A stretch of 64,000 nt of DNA from Gammaproteobacteria bacterium. Lineage in GTDB: Bacteria > Pseudomonadota > Gammaproteobacteria > Eutrophobiales > Eutrophobiaceae. The stretch spans positions 1,824,001 through 1,888,000 of the forward strand of contig OZ244905.1 of assembly GCA_965221695.1 (NCBI GenBank), read 5' to 3'. The notes under the pieces were generated by a model. That model saw only the letters and a list, made by a program, of their open reading frames with translations. It had not been told where the DNA came from and ran no database searches. The translations under genes and the position numbers were made by a program. Shown one piece after another: positions 43,001 through 52,517 of this stretch; the first letter of the stretch is position 1; every line of letters begins with the position of its first letter.

Positions 43001-43116
43001 ATCAATTCACAGATGGCGCTGACGAGGTGTATGTCAACGGCGCTTCATTTATTCCGAATGCCAGGTCCATTGACCCAATTTTCAAATCTCGCATGTTTGC
43101 GCCGTTAGCCGCATGA
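40015..43116 (+). CDS. Large beta-class adenine DNA methyltransferase (type III Mod-like)
   Basis: LDFGIYRIMN, IDPPYN (motif IV), LDYFAGSGTTAHA (motif I), LESYEDALNN. Confidence 0.9.
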   Translation: MKTTIHNQEKFQQLLRELFQFDCADLDFGIYRIMNHKREVIEKFISEDLVKVVSEELDRDILNDQERAVRELEETAKLVQETFGDDALDASGKLQRYHETPLGKKYLKWQQRAIGARNRKALEADIFNHLFAFFSRYYQDGDFISKRRYSKQHRYAIPYNGEEVYLHWANADQYYIKTAEYFHDYSYSSQGVTVHFKLNNADVEQNNIKGEKRFFVPLITGITQNESAKAFTIPFEYRPLDEQEETRYGRTNQQDTIITEFVAEIQTRSELSNEILVALGTARQRNADNQPVTFLEHHLRQYTRRNTSDFFIHKNLKAFLSQELDFYIKSEALHLDDLEIAGEDFAEGWFQVIRVLRKTGSQIIDFLDQIEGFQKMLWEKRKFITEIEYCITIGNIDEHFYPTIADCEPQWIEWKDLFHIDEDKTDLFTSGGSARDKRIIFMKDHPTLVLDTKRFDEDFKNELLASIEDIDELCDGLLIHSENFQALGVLNNRYRSKIKCVHIDPPYNTDTSGFLYKNEYRHSSWMTFMESRILASINMLTNDASYLCHIDENEYERLQLLFERIPIPAAGTAVWDKRNPMNAGRGLAMQHEYMIWRSRKRGPIYLRNHNISLILKTADNILQKYGEVSDEARKEFAEYVDNNKQLTGGEKAYRHLDDDGNIYQSVSLRAPEPRTEQKFHIPLIHPISGKPCPVPPNGFSRTPETLQIMIERGEIIFGLDESIQPRQKVVLTTEKRRQMSSVIQDAKKGKADLDRLDLDFPYCHPVSFYEEIIAAAVDNDNEIILDYFAGSGTTAHAVMNLNRDNGGNIKFIMVEMGQYFDTVLLPRIKKVTFSPEWKDGKPTRMASREEANRSPRIIKYLRLESYEDALNNIELDDSSGQQAMKFDDYLLNYMLQWEAKHSKTLLNVEDLARPFDYKLQIHTNGATRATTVDIPETFNYLLGLHVQTRRIYDDEGRRYLIYQGLVDQRRAVIIWRETDGWQKEDLERDKQFISEHQFTDGADEVYVNGASFIPNARSIDPIFKSRMFAPLAA

Positions 43117-46100
43117 GCGAGCGTAATTCGCAATCATCTCAATATATCAAACTTGAGAGACGTCTCACCCTGCTTGCCTGGTTGAATGACCAGTTCGGCT
43201 ATAAAAACAACCAGGAACTTTTGCAGGACATCCGTGAATCGGACGAGGGTTTTGACGCCGAGGGTCGAACCCATATTTACCGGCGATTGATGTCAAGGGG
43301 CGGGAGAGTTCGCATCCCCCTGGATGACCTTGAGCGTTACGACCATAACCTGCGCGTCCACCTGCGCGCCATCAGCGCACGGCGACCGGGGCTTAAACTC
43401 AAGTATTTTCAATACCTCTCCGCTCTTTATACGGAGATTTATCTGGATGGCTATTTCAACAATCGGGCGAATTTGCTCCAGTCATTGAATGATTTCCAGG
43501 TTCGTTACAACTCCGGCTCAGGCATAAGATCAGAAGAGAGATTTGCCGAGACCGACCTGAAAAAACTCGCCTACTGGATGGCAACGGGCAGCGGTAAGAC
43601 CTTGATCATGCATCTGAATTACCTTCAGTTCCTGCATTACAACAAGGCCACATTGGATAATATCCTGCTCATCACGCCAAATGAAGGACTTAGCGAGCAA
43701 CACCTCGTTGAGATGGAATTGTCCGGGATACCAGCAAGACGCTTTGACCTGAACGAGAGCGGCTTGTTGCTGGCCCAAAAGGATACGGTCCGGATCCTGG
43801 AAATTACCAAATTGGTCAAAGAGAAACGCGGTCGCGGAGAACGCGTGCCTGTTGAAGCGTTTACGGGGAACAACCTGATATTGGTGGACGAGGGGCATAA
43901 GGGTTCCGGCGGGGAAGCATGGCTCAAGTTACGCAATGCCTTGGGGGAGACCGGATTTACCTTTGAGTACAGCGCTACTTTTGGCCAGGCTCTGACAGCA
44001 ACACGCAATGACCCGCTGACGACAGAATACGGAAAAGCAATTGTCTTCGACTATTCCTATCGTTACTTCTACGGCGATGGTTATGGAAAGGACTTCCGCA
44101 TCCTTAACCTCGTAGAAGAAACCTCTGAGGAGAAAACCAATATCCTGCTATTGGGTAATCTGTTGTCATTTTATCAACAAAAGCGCTTGTTCACGGAGCG
44201 AAAAGAAGCGCTGCGGCCCTATAACCTGGAAAAACCATTATGGGTGTTCGTGGGCAGCACGGTAAACGCTGTGTATACCAGAGACAAGCAAACACGCAGC
44301 GATGTTTTGACAACGGCCAGATTTTTGGATCACGTTTTAAAGTACAAGACCTGGACAGTGCGGGCCATCAGCAAACTACTCAATGGCAATAGTGGATTGG
44401 TGACGCCCGATGGCGAAGATGTTTTTAGGGATAAATTCAGTTATTTGAAGAGTAGTGGAATGGATTCCGAGCAGACCTACACTGATATCCTTACCAAGGT
44501 GTTTCATGCGCCTGCAGGCGGCGGATTGCATTTAAACAGTATCCGCAACAGCAAAGGAGAAATAGGCTTGAAGGCAGGAAATGCCGAGTTGTACTTCGGA
44601 TTGATCTATATCGGCGATGTCGCCAAATTCAAAAAACTCGTGGAACTGGATGATGCCGGCATAGTTTTTGAGGAAGACGCAGTGGCCGATTCGCTGTTCG
44701 ATGGCATCGGCACGCCGGATACGAGTATTGACATCCTGATAGGCGCAAAAAAATTCATGGAAGGCTGGAATTCCTGGCGGGTATCCAACATGGGGCTGTT
44801 GAATATCGGTCGCAAGGAAGGTTCCGAGATTATTCAACTGTTTGGACGCGGTGTGCGTCTGAAAGGCCGAGGGCACAGTCTTAAGCGAAGCGCGGCACAG
44901 GATGGAGAGCATCCTGCACATCTGGATTTGTTGGAGACATTGAATATCTTTGCGGTGCGAGCGAATTATATGGCGCAGTTTCGCAGTTATCTGGAACGGG
45001 AAGGCGTCGATACCGGGGGGCACAAGGAGTTACATCTGGCTATACGGGCTGATGAACGATTTTTTGGAAAAGGATTGGTCGTGCCGCGTATGCCGGAAGG
45101 CAAAAGCTTTATTGAGCAGGAGAATGTCGTTCTCGATAAGGATAAGGCTGCCAAGGTCTCTCTGGACCTTTCGACGAAAGTACGCGTAATGGAAAGCGAA
45201 CAGGGTGGCGTAAAGGAAGCTGAGTTTCAAGCCGGACAGTACCGGCAGATACCGGACGAAATCCTCGATCTTGTGGACTGGCACAAGGTATACCTGGAAC
45301 TTATTGAATATAAGGAACATAAAGACTGGGTAAATTATGCGCTGACACCCGTAACAGCCAGAGAGATCATGGAAACGAAACAGCCCGACAGGCTATATGG
45401 GTTAATGGCCGACAGTGCGATGATCAAACCCAATTCTTACGCCGACGTTATTCGCCTGCACGATGTGGTGGTATCCATCTTGAGAAAATATATGGACAGG
45501 TTTTACCGGGTGCAACGTGAACGCTGGGAATCCATGAACCTGCGCTATGAAGAACTCGGCAAGGGGGATCCAAATTTTCAAGACTATAGACTGCAAATTT
45601 CACTTGAAGAGAAAGAGTTGATTGAGGCAGTTGAAAGCCTGCTCAGAGAAGGTGAACGCATATACAAGGAAGAAACCAGCGAACTGCGAAATGTTTACTT
45701 CGACCGGCATCTTTATCAACCTCTGCTTGTTGATAAAGGCGCAAACGTCAAGTGCGCGCCACCGGGATTAAATCAGCACGAACAACGCTTCGTCCAGGAT
45801 TTGCGCGCATATTGTCGGCTGCACAAAGACGATGTTATCCCTGGTAGGGAGATTTACCTACTGCGCAACCTGAGCCGCGGCAAAGGGATAGGCTTCTTTG
45901 AAAACTCGGGCTTTTACCCTGACTTTATTCTGTGGATAAAAGACGACCAGGGCCAACGCATCGTCTTCATTGAGCCTCACGGCATGTTAAATGAACGACC
46001 ATACGAGCATAACGAGAAGGCCCAGTTACATGAACGCCTGCCTGAATTTGCCGAAAAATTAGGCGCATCCAGTGGATTGCGGGATATAAAACTGGACTCG

Positions 46101-46244
46101 TTCATTGTCTCAGCCACACCCTATGAGGCATTATGGGACCGGTATGGCGATACTTCCTGGGATCGGGACCGGTTTGCGCAAGCTCATATTCTCTTTCCGG
46201 ACCAGGGAGAAAATTACGATTACATCGCAGCCATCATGCAATAG
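43113..46244 (+). CDS. SF2 helicase-nuclease (type III Res-like)
   Basis: MATGSGKT, VDEGH, EYSATF, FMEGW, QLFGRGVR, FYPDF..FIEPHG; ATGA overlap with the methylase. Confidence 0.9.
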   Translation: MSERNSQSSQYIKLERRLTLLAWLNDQFGYKNNQELLQDIRESDEGFDAEGRTHIYRRLMSRGGRVRIPLDDLERYDHNLRVHLRAISARRPGLKLKYFQYLSALYTEIYLDGYFNNRANLLQSLNDFQVRYNSGSGIRSEERFAETDLKKLAYWMATGSGKTLIMHLNYLQFLHYNKATLDNILLITPNEGLSEQHLVEMELSGIPARRFDLNESGLLLAQKDTVRILEITKLVKEKRGRGERVPVEAFTGNNLILVDEGHKGSGGEAWLKLRNALGETGFTFEYSATFGQALTATRNDPLTTEYGKAIVFDYSYRYFYGDGYGKDFRILNLVEETSEEKTNILLLGNLLSFYQQKRLFTERKEALRPYNLEKPLWVFVGSTVNAVYTRDKQTRSDVLTTARFLDHVLKYKTWTVRAISKLLNGNSGLVTPDGEDVFRDKFSYLKSSGMDSEQTYTDILTKVFHAPAGGGLHLNSIRNSKGEIGLKAGNAELYFGLIYIGDVAKFKKLVELDDAGIVFEEDAVADSLFDGIGTPDTSIDILIGAKKFMEGWNSWRVSNMGLLNIGRKEGSEIIQLFGRGVRLKGRGHSLKRSAAQDGEHPAHLDLLETLNIFAVRANYMAQFRSYLEREGVDTGGHKELHLAIRADERFFGKGLVVPRMPEGKSFIEQENVVLDKDKAAKVSLDLSTKVRVMESEQGGVKEAEFQAGQYRQIPDEILDLVDWHKVYLELIEYKEHKDWVNYALTPVTAREIMETKQPDRLYGLMADSAMIKPNSYADVIRLHDVVVSILRKYMDRFYRVQRERWESMNLRYEELGKGDPNFQDYRLQISLEEKELIEAVESLLREGERIYKEETSELRNVYFDRHLYQPLLVDKGANVKCAPPGLNQHEQRFVQDLRAYCRLHKDDVIPGREIYLLRNLSRGKGIGFFENSGFYPDFILWIKDDQGQRIVFIEPHGMLNERPYEHNEKAQLHERLPEFAEKLGASSGLRDIKLDSFIVSATPYEALWDRYGDTSWDRDRFAQAHILFPDQGENYDYIAAIMQ

Positions 46245-46421
46245 TGTAAGGCAACCCCGCGGACACTCAAATTTACCTCTACGCTAACAACAACATCTCC
46301 ACAACGGGACTGGCGCTGGCCAGAAACGGAGATATCCCCATCAAGTCGATTCGATGTCGGCGCCGCAAACATCATTCCGGGTTTGGCCTGGTCAATATGA
46401 TATTTTTCAGTAATGCTATGC

Positions 46422-47060
46422 TCAAAATGGCGCTTCCACCGCGCAGTGCCGGCAACGGTCATCGGCGGCACACTTTTCCTTGGCGTGCCTGACGATCAGC
46501 GCGTGGTACTCGTTATACAGCCTGTGATCCGGGGCAAGACAGGTTTCGAACATCCGCCGCAGGGTTTCATAGTCTTCGCCGCCGTTAATCAGCCCAAGCT
46601 TTTTCAGCAGGCGGCGAGTATAAGTGTCTATCACAAACACGGGACGGTCAAACGCATAGAGCAATATATCATCGGTCGTTTCTTGGCCGATGCCGTTTAT
46701 TGACAACAGGGACTGTCTCAACCTGCCGGTATCCCATGTTGACAGGGCATCCAGGCCGCCCTGCGATTGCAGCCACCCACACAGGTTCTTCAGGCGCCGG
46801 GCTTTCACATTTAAGAAACCGGAAGACCTGATCAGACCGGCAAGCTCTTCCTGGGACAAGCTTGCAATACGATCCAGGCTAAGATTGCCTGTCGCTTGCA
46901 ACCTTGAGATTGCCTTTTCAACATTTTTCCAGTTGGTGTTCTGGGTCAACACGGCGCCGGCAATCACCTCGAACGCAGAATCTGCCGGCCACCAACGCTG
47001 CGACCCGTAGGCATCCAGCAGGCGATCATACAAGACGGTTAATTTGTCGCAGTGTTTCAT
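46422..47060 (-). CDS. HhH-GPD / endonuclease III-related protein
   Basis: WWPADSAFEV..AVLTQNT, LLSINGIGQET, FVIDTYT. Confidence 0.88.
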   Translation of the reverse strand: MKHCDKLTVLYDRLLDAYGSQRWWPADSAFEVIAGAVLTQNTNWKNVEKAISRLQATGNLSLDRIASLSQEELAGLIRSSGFLNVKARRLKNLCGWLQSQGGLDALSTWDTGRLRQSLLSINGIGQETTDDILLYAFDRPVFVIDTYTRRLLKKLGLINGGEDYETLRRMFETCLAPDHRLYNEYHALIVRHAKEKCAADDRCRHCAVEAPF

Positions 47061-47101
47061 TTGTTATAGTTTCGCTCAGGAAAAAGCAGATAAAATCTAT
47101 C

Positions 47102-47980
47102 ATGCATCCCGTAAATCATACCTATATCGGGCGCTTTGCCCCTACTCCCAGTGGCCCGCTTCACTTCGGTTCCATTGTCGCCGCGCTGGCAAGCTACCTT
47201 GACGCCCGCCATCACCGCGGCAAGTGGTTGCTCAGAATTGAGGATATCGACACGCCGCGGGTACGCGCCGGGGCAGACAGGAAAATCATTGATGCCCTGG
47301 AAATCCTCGGGTTGGAATGGGACGGTGATATAGTTTACCAAAGCAACCGCCTGAACCGTTACCAACAGGCGCTGCAAGCGCTGCTGGATAAAGACCTGCT
47401 GTACCGATGTTATTGTCCCAGGCGTATTACCAAAGGCAAACCTTACCCGGGCACATGCAGAATGCGTTCGGACCGTGACCACAAGCCACACTCACTGCGT
47501 ATCATCACACCGGAACAGCCCGTCAGCTTCGATGATGCCATCCAGGGCCGCCTCACAAGACGGCTTAACGAGCTGACCGGAGATTTCATCCTGCGCCGCT
47601 CGGACGGCTTGTTCGCGTACAACCTGGCAGTGGTCATCGACGATGCCGCCCAGGGCATCACCCACATCGTGCGCGGCGCAGACCTGCTCGAGACCACGTT
47701 CAGCCAGGTCTGCCTACAATCCATTCTCAACCTGCCGGCAACTAAATATGCTCACCACCCGATTGTCATCGATGCGCGCGGGAAGAAACTCAGCAAGCAG
47801 GATGGCGCGACAGACGTGCTCTCGGGTGCCTCCCCTGAAACCGTACTGCTTCAATCATTGAATTTTTTGGGACAAACGCCCGGCCAGGAACTGAACGGCG
47901 GCAATAAAAACGAGATCCTGGCCTGGGCCATCGATCACTGGAATATTGAGGCTGTCAGGAGTTCAATATTGGGTGTATAG
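47102..47980 (+). CDS. gluQ: Glutamyl-Q tRNA(Asp) synthetase
   Basis: GRFAPTPSGPLHFGS, RIEDID, CYC..YPGTC, VRGADL, KLSKQ; no anticodon-binding domain. Confidence 0.92.
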   Translation: MHPVNHTYIGRFAPTPSGPLHFGSIVAALASYLDARHHRGKWLLRIEDIDTPRVRAGADRKIIDALEILGLEWDGDIVYQSNRLNRYQQALQALLDKDLLYRCYCPRRITKGKPYPGTCRMRSDRDHKPHSLRIITPEQPVSFDDAIQGRLTRRLNELTGDFILRRSDGLFAYNLAVVIDDAAQGITHIVRGADLLETTFSQVCLQSILNLPATKYAHHPIVIDARGKKLSKQDGATDVLSGASPETVLLQSLNFLGQTPGQELNGGNKNEILAWAIDHWNIEAVRSSILGV

Positions 47981-48012
47981 TAGTCTGCCTGATCAGACTT
48001 GGATAAGCGCAC

Positions 48013-50364
48013 ATGCACGCACAAGCCGAACAACAATATAAACTGGTCCCGGTAAGCTCCCATTGGGGTAATTATCTTGCAGAGGTCGCGCAGGACGAAC
48101 TGGTTGCGATCCATCCGTACGCTTCTGACCCCGACCCCACGCCAATCGGCCAGTCACTGCTGAACGCAACAGACAGCGATGTGCGCATCCCCCAGCCTAT
48201 GATCAGACAAGGCTACCTGGAAAAACGCCACCACAGCGACGGCGCGCGGCGCGGGAACGAACCGTTTGTACCGGTACCATGGGATACCGCGCTGGACCTG
48301 GCGGCCGACGCCCTGCAACGGGTCAGACAGGAGTTCGGCAATGACGCGATTTATGGCGGCTCTTACGGTTGGGCCAGCGCCGGCCGCTTCCACCATGCCA
48401 CCAGCCAGGTGCATCGTTTTCTCAATACCATCGGCGGCTACACCCGTTCCGTCGACAGTTATTCGGTCGCAGCCGCGAGCGTAATCATGCCCCATGTGCT
48501 GGGCGTGGATTTCTTTGAACTGATGCTGCAAGCGCCCACCGTCGAGGATATTGCCAAGCATACCAGGCTGGTCGTGTGTTTCGGCGGTATTGCGATGAAG
48601 AATACCCAGATCATGGCCGGCGGCCTGGGCGCGCACACCGCCGGGGCCCAGTTACGGGATTTGAAACAGGCCGGGGTCAGGTTTGTCAACATCAGTCCGG
48701 TGCAGGATGACATGGCGGATTATCTCGACGCAGAGTGGTGGCCATGCCGGCCCAACAGCGATGTCGCGGTGATGTTGGGGATGGCGCATACCCTGGTCGC
48801 GAACAACCTGCATGACCGGCAATTCCTGGACAAATACTGTGTGGGCTTTGAGCGTTTTCTTCCCTACCTGATGGGAGAGGAAGATGGGATAGTGAAAGAT
48901 GCGCAATGGGCGGCGCAACTTGCCGAGGTCCCTGCGCACTGGATCGAGGCAACCGCAAAACAAATGGCAGCCGAACGTTGCCTGATCGGCATAAGCTGGT
49001 CGTTGCAACGGAGCGAATTCGGCGAACAGCCCTATTGGATGGCGACCCTGCTGAGCGCGATGCTGGGCCATGTGGGTCTGCCAGGCGCCGGTGTTGCCTA
49101 CGGTTACGGCTCTGTACACAACATTGGTTTTGTAGGCCGTCGGCTGCCGAATTACAAGACCGCGGCGCTGCCGCAGGGAGACAATGCGGTAAAGACATTT
49201 ATTCCCGTGGCCCGGATCGCGGACATGCTGTTAAATCCCGGCGGCAACTATGACTATAACGGTCAGAAGCTGACCTTCCCCGACATCCGGCTGGTGTACT
49301 GGGCGGGCGGGAACCCCTTCCATCATCACCAGGACCTGAACCGCCTGCGGCGCGCCTGGGCGCGACCGGAGACCATCATCGTCAACGAGCCGTTCTGGAC
49401 GTCCACTGCCCGGCACGCCGATATCGTGTTTCCGTCAACCACGCCCCTGGAACGCAACGATGCCAGCCTCAGTCCTATCGATTGTTACCTCGCCCCCATG
49501 CCGTGCGCGGTACCGCCCTTCGGCCAGGCCAGAAACGACTATGATATTTTCGCCGGGCTGGCAAAACGCCTTGATGTTGAACAGGCGTTTACCGACGGCA
49601 GGAATGAAGCGGAATGGGTGGAACATCTCTACAACTCCACCCGGGAGGCGGCGGCCGGGGCCAACGTAACCTTGCCGGAGTTCGATGAATTCTGGCGCGG
49701 CCGGCAGTTGACTGTCTATGACCAGACACCTGACCGGGAATTTGAACTGGAGAAATTTCGCGCCAACCCGCAGGCGAACTCACTGAATACGCCTTCCGGG
49801 AAGATTGAACTGTATTCGGAGAAGATCGCCGGTTTCAATTATGCAGACTGTGCCGGCCATCCCAGGTGGTACGACAAGCAGGAATGGCTGGGTTCTGCGC
49901 GCGCGGCGCGCTATCCGCTACACCTGATCTCCAATCAACCAAAGACCCGCTTGCACAGCCAGTATGACCATGGCATCACCAGCCGCAAGGCTAAGATCAA
50001 GCAGCGGGCGCCGGCCCGCATGAACCCGATGGACGCGGCAAAACGGCATATCGCAGAGGGCGATGTAATCCGTCTGTTTAACGAACGAGGCGCGTGCCTG
50101 GCCGGTGTCACACTTACGGAAAATCTGCGTGCCGGTGTGATCGAACTGGAAACCGGCGCCTGGTACGATCCGCTGGACCCGGCAGACCCCATGTCTCTCG
50201 AGATACATGGCAACCCGAACGTATTAACCCGTGATGCGGGCACCTCGAAACTGGCCCAAGGGCCAACTGCCCACAGTTGCCTGGTCGATGTGGAGAAGTT
50301 TACCGGGAAACTGCCCAAAATCCGGGTATTTTCACAACCGCCTGTGGTCAGCGCTTCAACCTGA
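48013..50364 (+). CDS. Molybdopterin oxidoreductase, BisC-like (biotin/methionine sulfoxide reductase family)
   Basis: SSHWG, GGSYGWASAGRFHHA, WAGGNPFHHHQD, RLHSQ, GAWYDP; no Tat signal. Confidence 0.88.
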   Translation: MHAQAEQQYKLVPVSSHWGNYLAEVAQDELVAIHPYASDPDPTPIGQSLLNATDSDVRIPQPMIRQGYLEKRHHSDGARRGNEPFVPVPWDTALDLAADALQRVRQEFGNDAIYGGSYGWASAGRFHHATSQVHRFLNTIGGYTRSVDSYSVAAASVIMPHVLGVDFFELMLQAPTVEDIAKHTRLVVCFGGIAMKNTQIMAGGLGAHTAGAQLRDLKQAGVRFVNISPVQDDMADYLDAEWWPCRPNSDVAVMLGMAHTLVANNLHDRQFLDKYCVGFERFLPYLMGEEDGIVKDAQWAAQLAEVPAHWIEATAKQMAAERCLIGISWSLQRSEFGEQPYWMATLLSAMLGHVGLPGAGVAYGYGSVHNIGFVGRRLPNYKTAALPQGDNAVKTFIPVARIADMLLNPGGNYDYNGQKLTFPDIRLVYWAGGNPFHHHQDLNRLRRAWARPETIIVNEPFWTSTARHADIVFPSTTPLERNDASLSPIDCYLAPMPCAVPPFGQARNDYDIFAGLAKRLDVEQAFTDGRNEAEWVEHLYNSTREAAAGANVTLPEFDEFWRGRQLTVYDQTPDREFELEKFRANPQANSLNTPSGKIELYSEKIAGFNYADCAGHPRWYDKQEWLGSARAARYPLHLISNQPKTRLHSQYDHGITSRKAKIKQRAPARMNPMDAAKRHIAEGDVIRLFNERGACLAGVTLTENLRAGVIELETGAWYDPLDPADPMSLEIHGNPNVLTRDAGTSKLAQGPTAHSCLVDVEKFTGKLPKIRVFSQPPVVSAST

Positions 50365-50414
50365 TATTGTCCGCGCATGCTTTCTACTCCCATGAACACC
50401 CCCACTAAACCACT

Positions 50415-51596
50415 ATGAATGATCAAATCGTCATTGCCGGCATGGCCCGCACCCCTCAGGGTGGGCTGCAAGGCGAGTTGTCGAGTGTCGCCGCTCCGCA
50501 GTTAGGCGCGACAGCCATCAGGGCAGCGCTGGCAAGAGCAAATATAGAACCGGTGGATGTGGATGAGACCATCATGGGCTGCGTCCTGCCGGCAGGACTG
50601 CGCCAGGCGCCGGCGCGCCAGGCTTCCATCGGCGCCGGCATCCCGACCAGCACAGGTTGCACAACCGTGAACAAGATGTGCGGTTCGGCGATGAAAGCAG
50701 TGATGCTGGGTTTCGACGCGCTGCGGGCCGGTTCGGCCGATTGTATCGTTGCGGGCGGGATGGAGAGCATGAGCAATGCGCCGTACCTGGTTCTGAAAGC
50801 CCGTAGCGGACTGCGCCTGGGTCACGGAGAGATGGTGGATCACATGTTCTTCGACGGCCTGGAGGATGCCTACGACCAGGGCAAGCTCATGGGGTCGTAT
50901 GCAGAGGACTGCGCCGCCAAATACGGCTTCACCCGGGAGATGCAGGATGCCTATGCCATCGAGTCGCTGACCCGCGCCCAGCGCGCCATTGGAGAAGGAA
51001 AATTCAACGATGAAATTGAACCGGTCGTGGTCAGGACACGCAAACGGGAAGTGACCGTGGACACCGATGAACAGCCCGGCAACGCGAACATCGATAAAAT
51101 CCCCATGCTTAAACCCGCGTTCGCCAAAAACGGCACCGTGACACCGGCTAATTCCAGTTCCATATCCGACGGCGCAGCAGCAGTGGTTTTACTCAGGGAG
51201 AGTGATGCGACGGCGCGCGGCTTGGAGCCGCTGGCGGTTCTGCATGCGCATTCCACCCATGCCCAGGAGCCGAGCTGGTTCACTACCGCGCCAGTGGGGG
51301 CAATCCGCAAAGCACTGGACAAAACCGGCTGGACCGTGGCGGATGTGGACCTGTTCGAGGTGAACGAGGCGTTTGCCGTGGTAGCCATGGCGGCCATGCA
51401 CGACCTGCAGATTCCCCATGACAAACTGAATGTGAACGGCGGCGCCTGCGCACTGGGTCATCCCGTCGGCGCCTCCGGCGCGCGCATCATCGTAACACTG
51501 ATTGCCGCGCTAAAAGACCGGGGGCTGAAACGCGGTATAGCCGGCCTGTGCATAGGCGGCGGCGAAGCCACCGCGGTAGCCCTGGAATTGCTTTAG
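50415..51596 (+). CDS. Acetyl-CoA C-acyltransferase (thiolase)
   Basis: NKMCGS, NEAF, GHPVGASG, LCIGGG. Confidence 0.95.
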   Translation: MNDQIVIAGMARTPQGGLQGELSSVAAPQLGATAIRAALARANIEPVDVDETIMGCVLPAGLRQAPARQASIGAGIPTSTGCTTVNKMCGSAMKAVMLGFDALRAGSADCIVAGGMESMSNAPYLVLKARSGLRLGHGEMVDHMFFDGLEDAYDQGKLMGSYAEDCAAKYGFTREMQDAYAIESLTRAQRAIGEGKFNDEIEPVVVRTRKREVTVDTDEQPGNANIDKIPMLKPAFAKNGTVTPANSSSISDGAAAVVLLRESDATARGLEPLAVLHAHSTHAQEPSWFTTAPVGAIRKALDKTGWTVADVDLFEVNEAFAVVAMAAMHDLQIPHDKLNVNGGACALGHPVGASGARIIVTLIAALKDRGLKRGIAGLCIGGGEATAVALELL

Positions 51597-52495
51597 CTTC
51601 TCATGCGCGCAATCTGCGGAGCGAAATGCTGTGCCAGCAGTCCGGCAACGATCAATACCAATCCCGCGATAGTCGTCACCGCGATAGCTTCACCTAAGAA
51701 CCGGCTGATGAATATCAGTGATATGAATGGCGAGAGAAAAATGAGTGTGCTGATTTTTGCCGTGGCGTCCGATAACCGCAATGCTGCGAGCCAGAAAATA
51801 TAGGTGATCCCCATTTCAAACAAGCCAACGTAGATGCCTGCCAGAATACCGGCCGTGCTCAAGGAAGATATATCCGACCAAAACCAGCAGGCAGCGGCTA
51901 TGAACGGGATACCGAACAGGAAGCTGAGGAACAGGCCGGTTACGGGTTCAACATGGTCTTTTGTCTTCAGCAACCAGTAGAACGCCCAGATGACCGTGCT
52001 GCCGAGCGCCAGAAAAATCCCCAGCGCACTCAACTCCCCCGCCGGAAATCGGCCGCCGCTGAAACAGATAACCAGCACGCCGGAATAACATATAACCGTT
52101 GCCAGGCAGTCAAAACGGGTAAGCCGGTGCTTCAAGATGGGCACGGACAGAAGCATCAGTGTTATCGCCCAGGTGTAGTTCAGCGCCTGGGCCACCTGCG
52201 CCGGCAACAGGTCGTAAGCCCGGAACAGTACCAGGTAATAACAGAACGGGTTCAATATGCCCAGGCTGGCCAGCCGGAGATAATCTCCGGCGCTCACCTG
52301 CAGCGCCATTGCCAACCTGCCGGTCGCGAGCACAACCGCCAACAGGCACAAGGTCGCGGTCACGCTTGCGACCAGCAGCAATTGGTATACATCGAGATAA
52401 CGCAACGCGATCTTGAACGCGGTCGCAACCGTGGACCAGAGTAATACCGCGCTGAGCGCGTACAGGTATGCCTTCTGCTGGCGGGCGAGTATCAT
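51593..52495 (-). CDS. DMT/EamA family transporter
   Basis: Ten hydrophobic segments; LLWSTVATAFK, LPAQVAQALNYTW. Confidence 0.88.
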   Translation of the reverse strand: MILARQQKAYLYALSAVLLWSTVATAFKIALRYLDVYQLLLVASVTATLCLLAVVLATGRLAMALQVSAGDYLRLASLGILNPFCYYLVLFRAYDLLPAQVAQALNYTWAITLMLLSVPILKHRLTRFDCLATVICYSGVLVICFSGGRFPAGELSALGIFLALGSTVIWAFYWLLKTKDHVEPVTGLFLSFLFGIPFIAAACWFWSDISSLSTAGILAGIYVGLFEMGITYIFWLAALRLSDATAKISTLIFLSPFISLIFISRFLGEAIAVTTIAGLVLIVAGLLAQHFAPQIARMRS

Positions 52496-52517
52496 CAGGG
52501 GGTCATTATGGGCCTGG

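Noticed and set aside
39956-46315. GGACTGGCG on both sides of the RM pair as att sites
   Set aside because: Only 9 bp and no recombinase; compatible with chance
46280-46330. attC-like start GCTAACAA after the RM genes (similar hint near 13797)
   Set aside because: No matching GTTRRRY end or paired L boxes; no integrase
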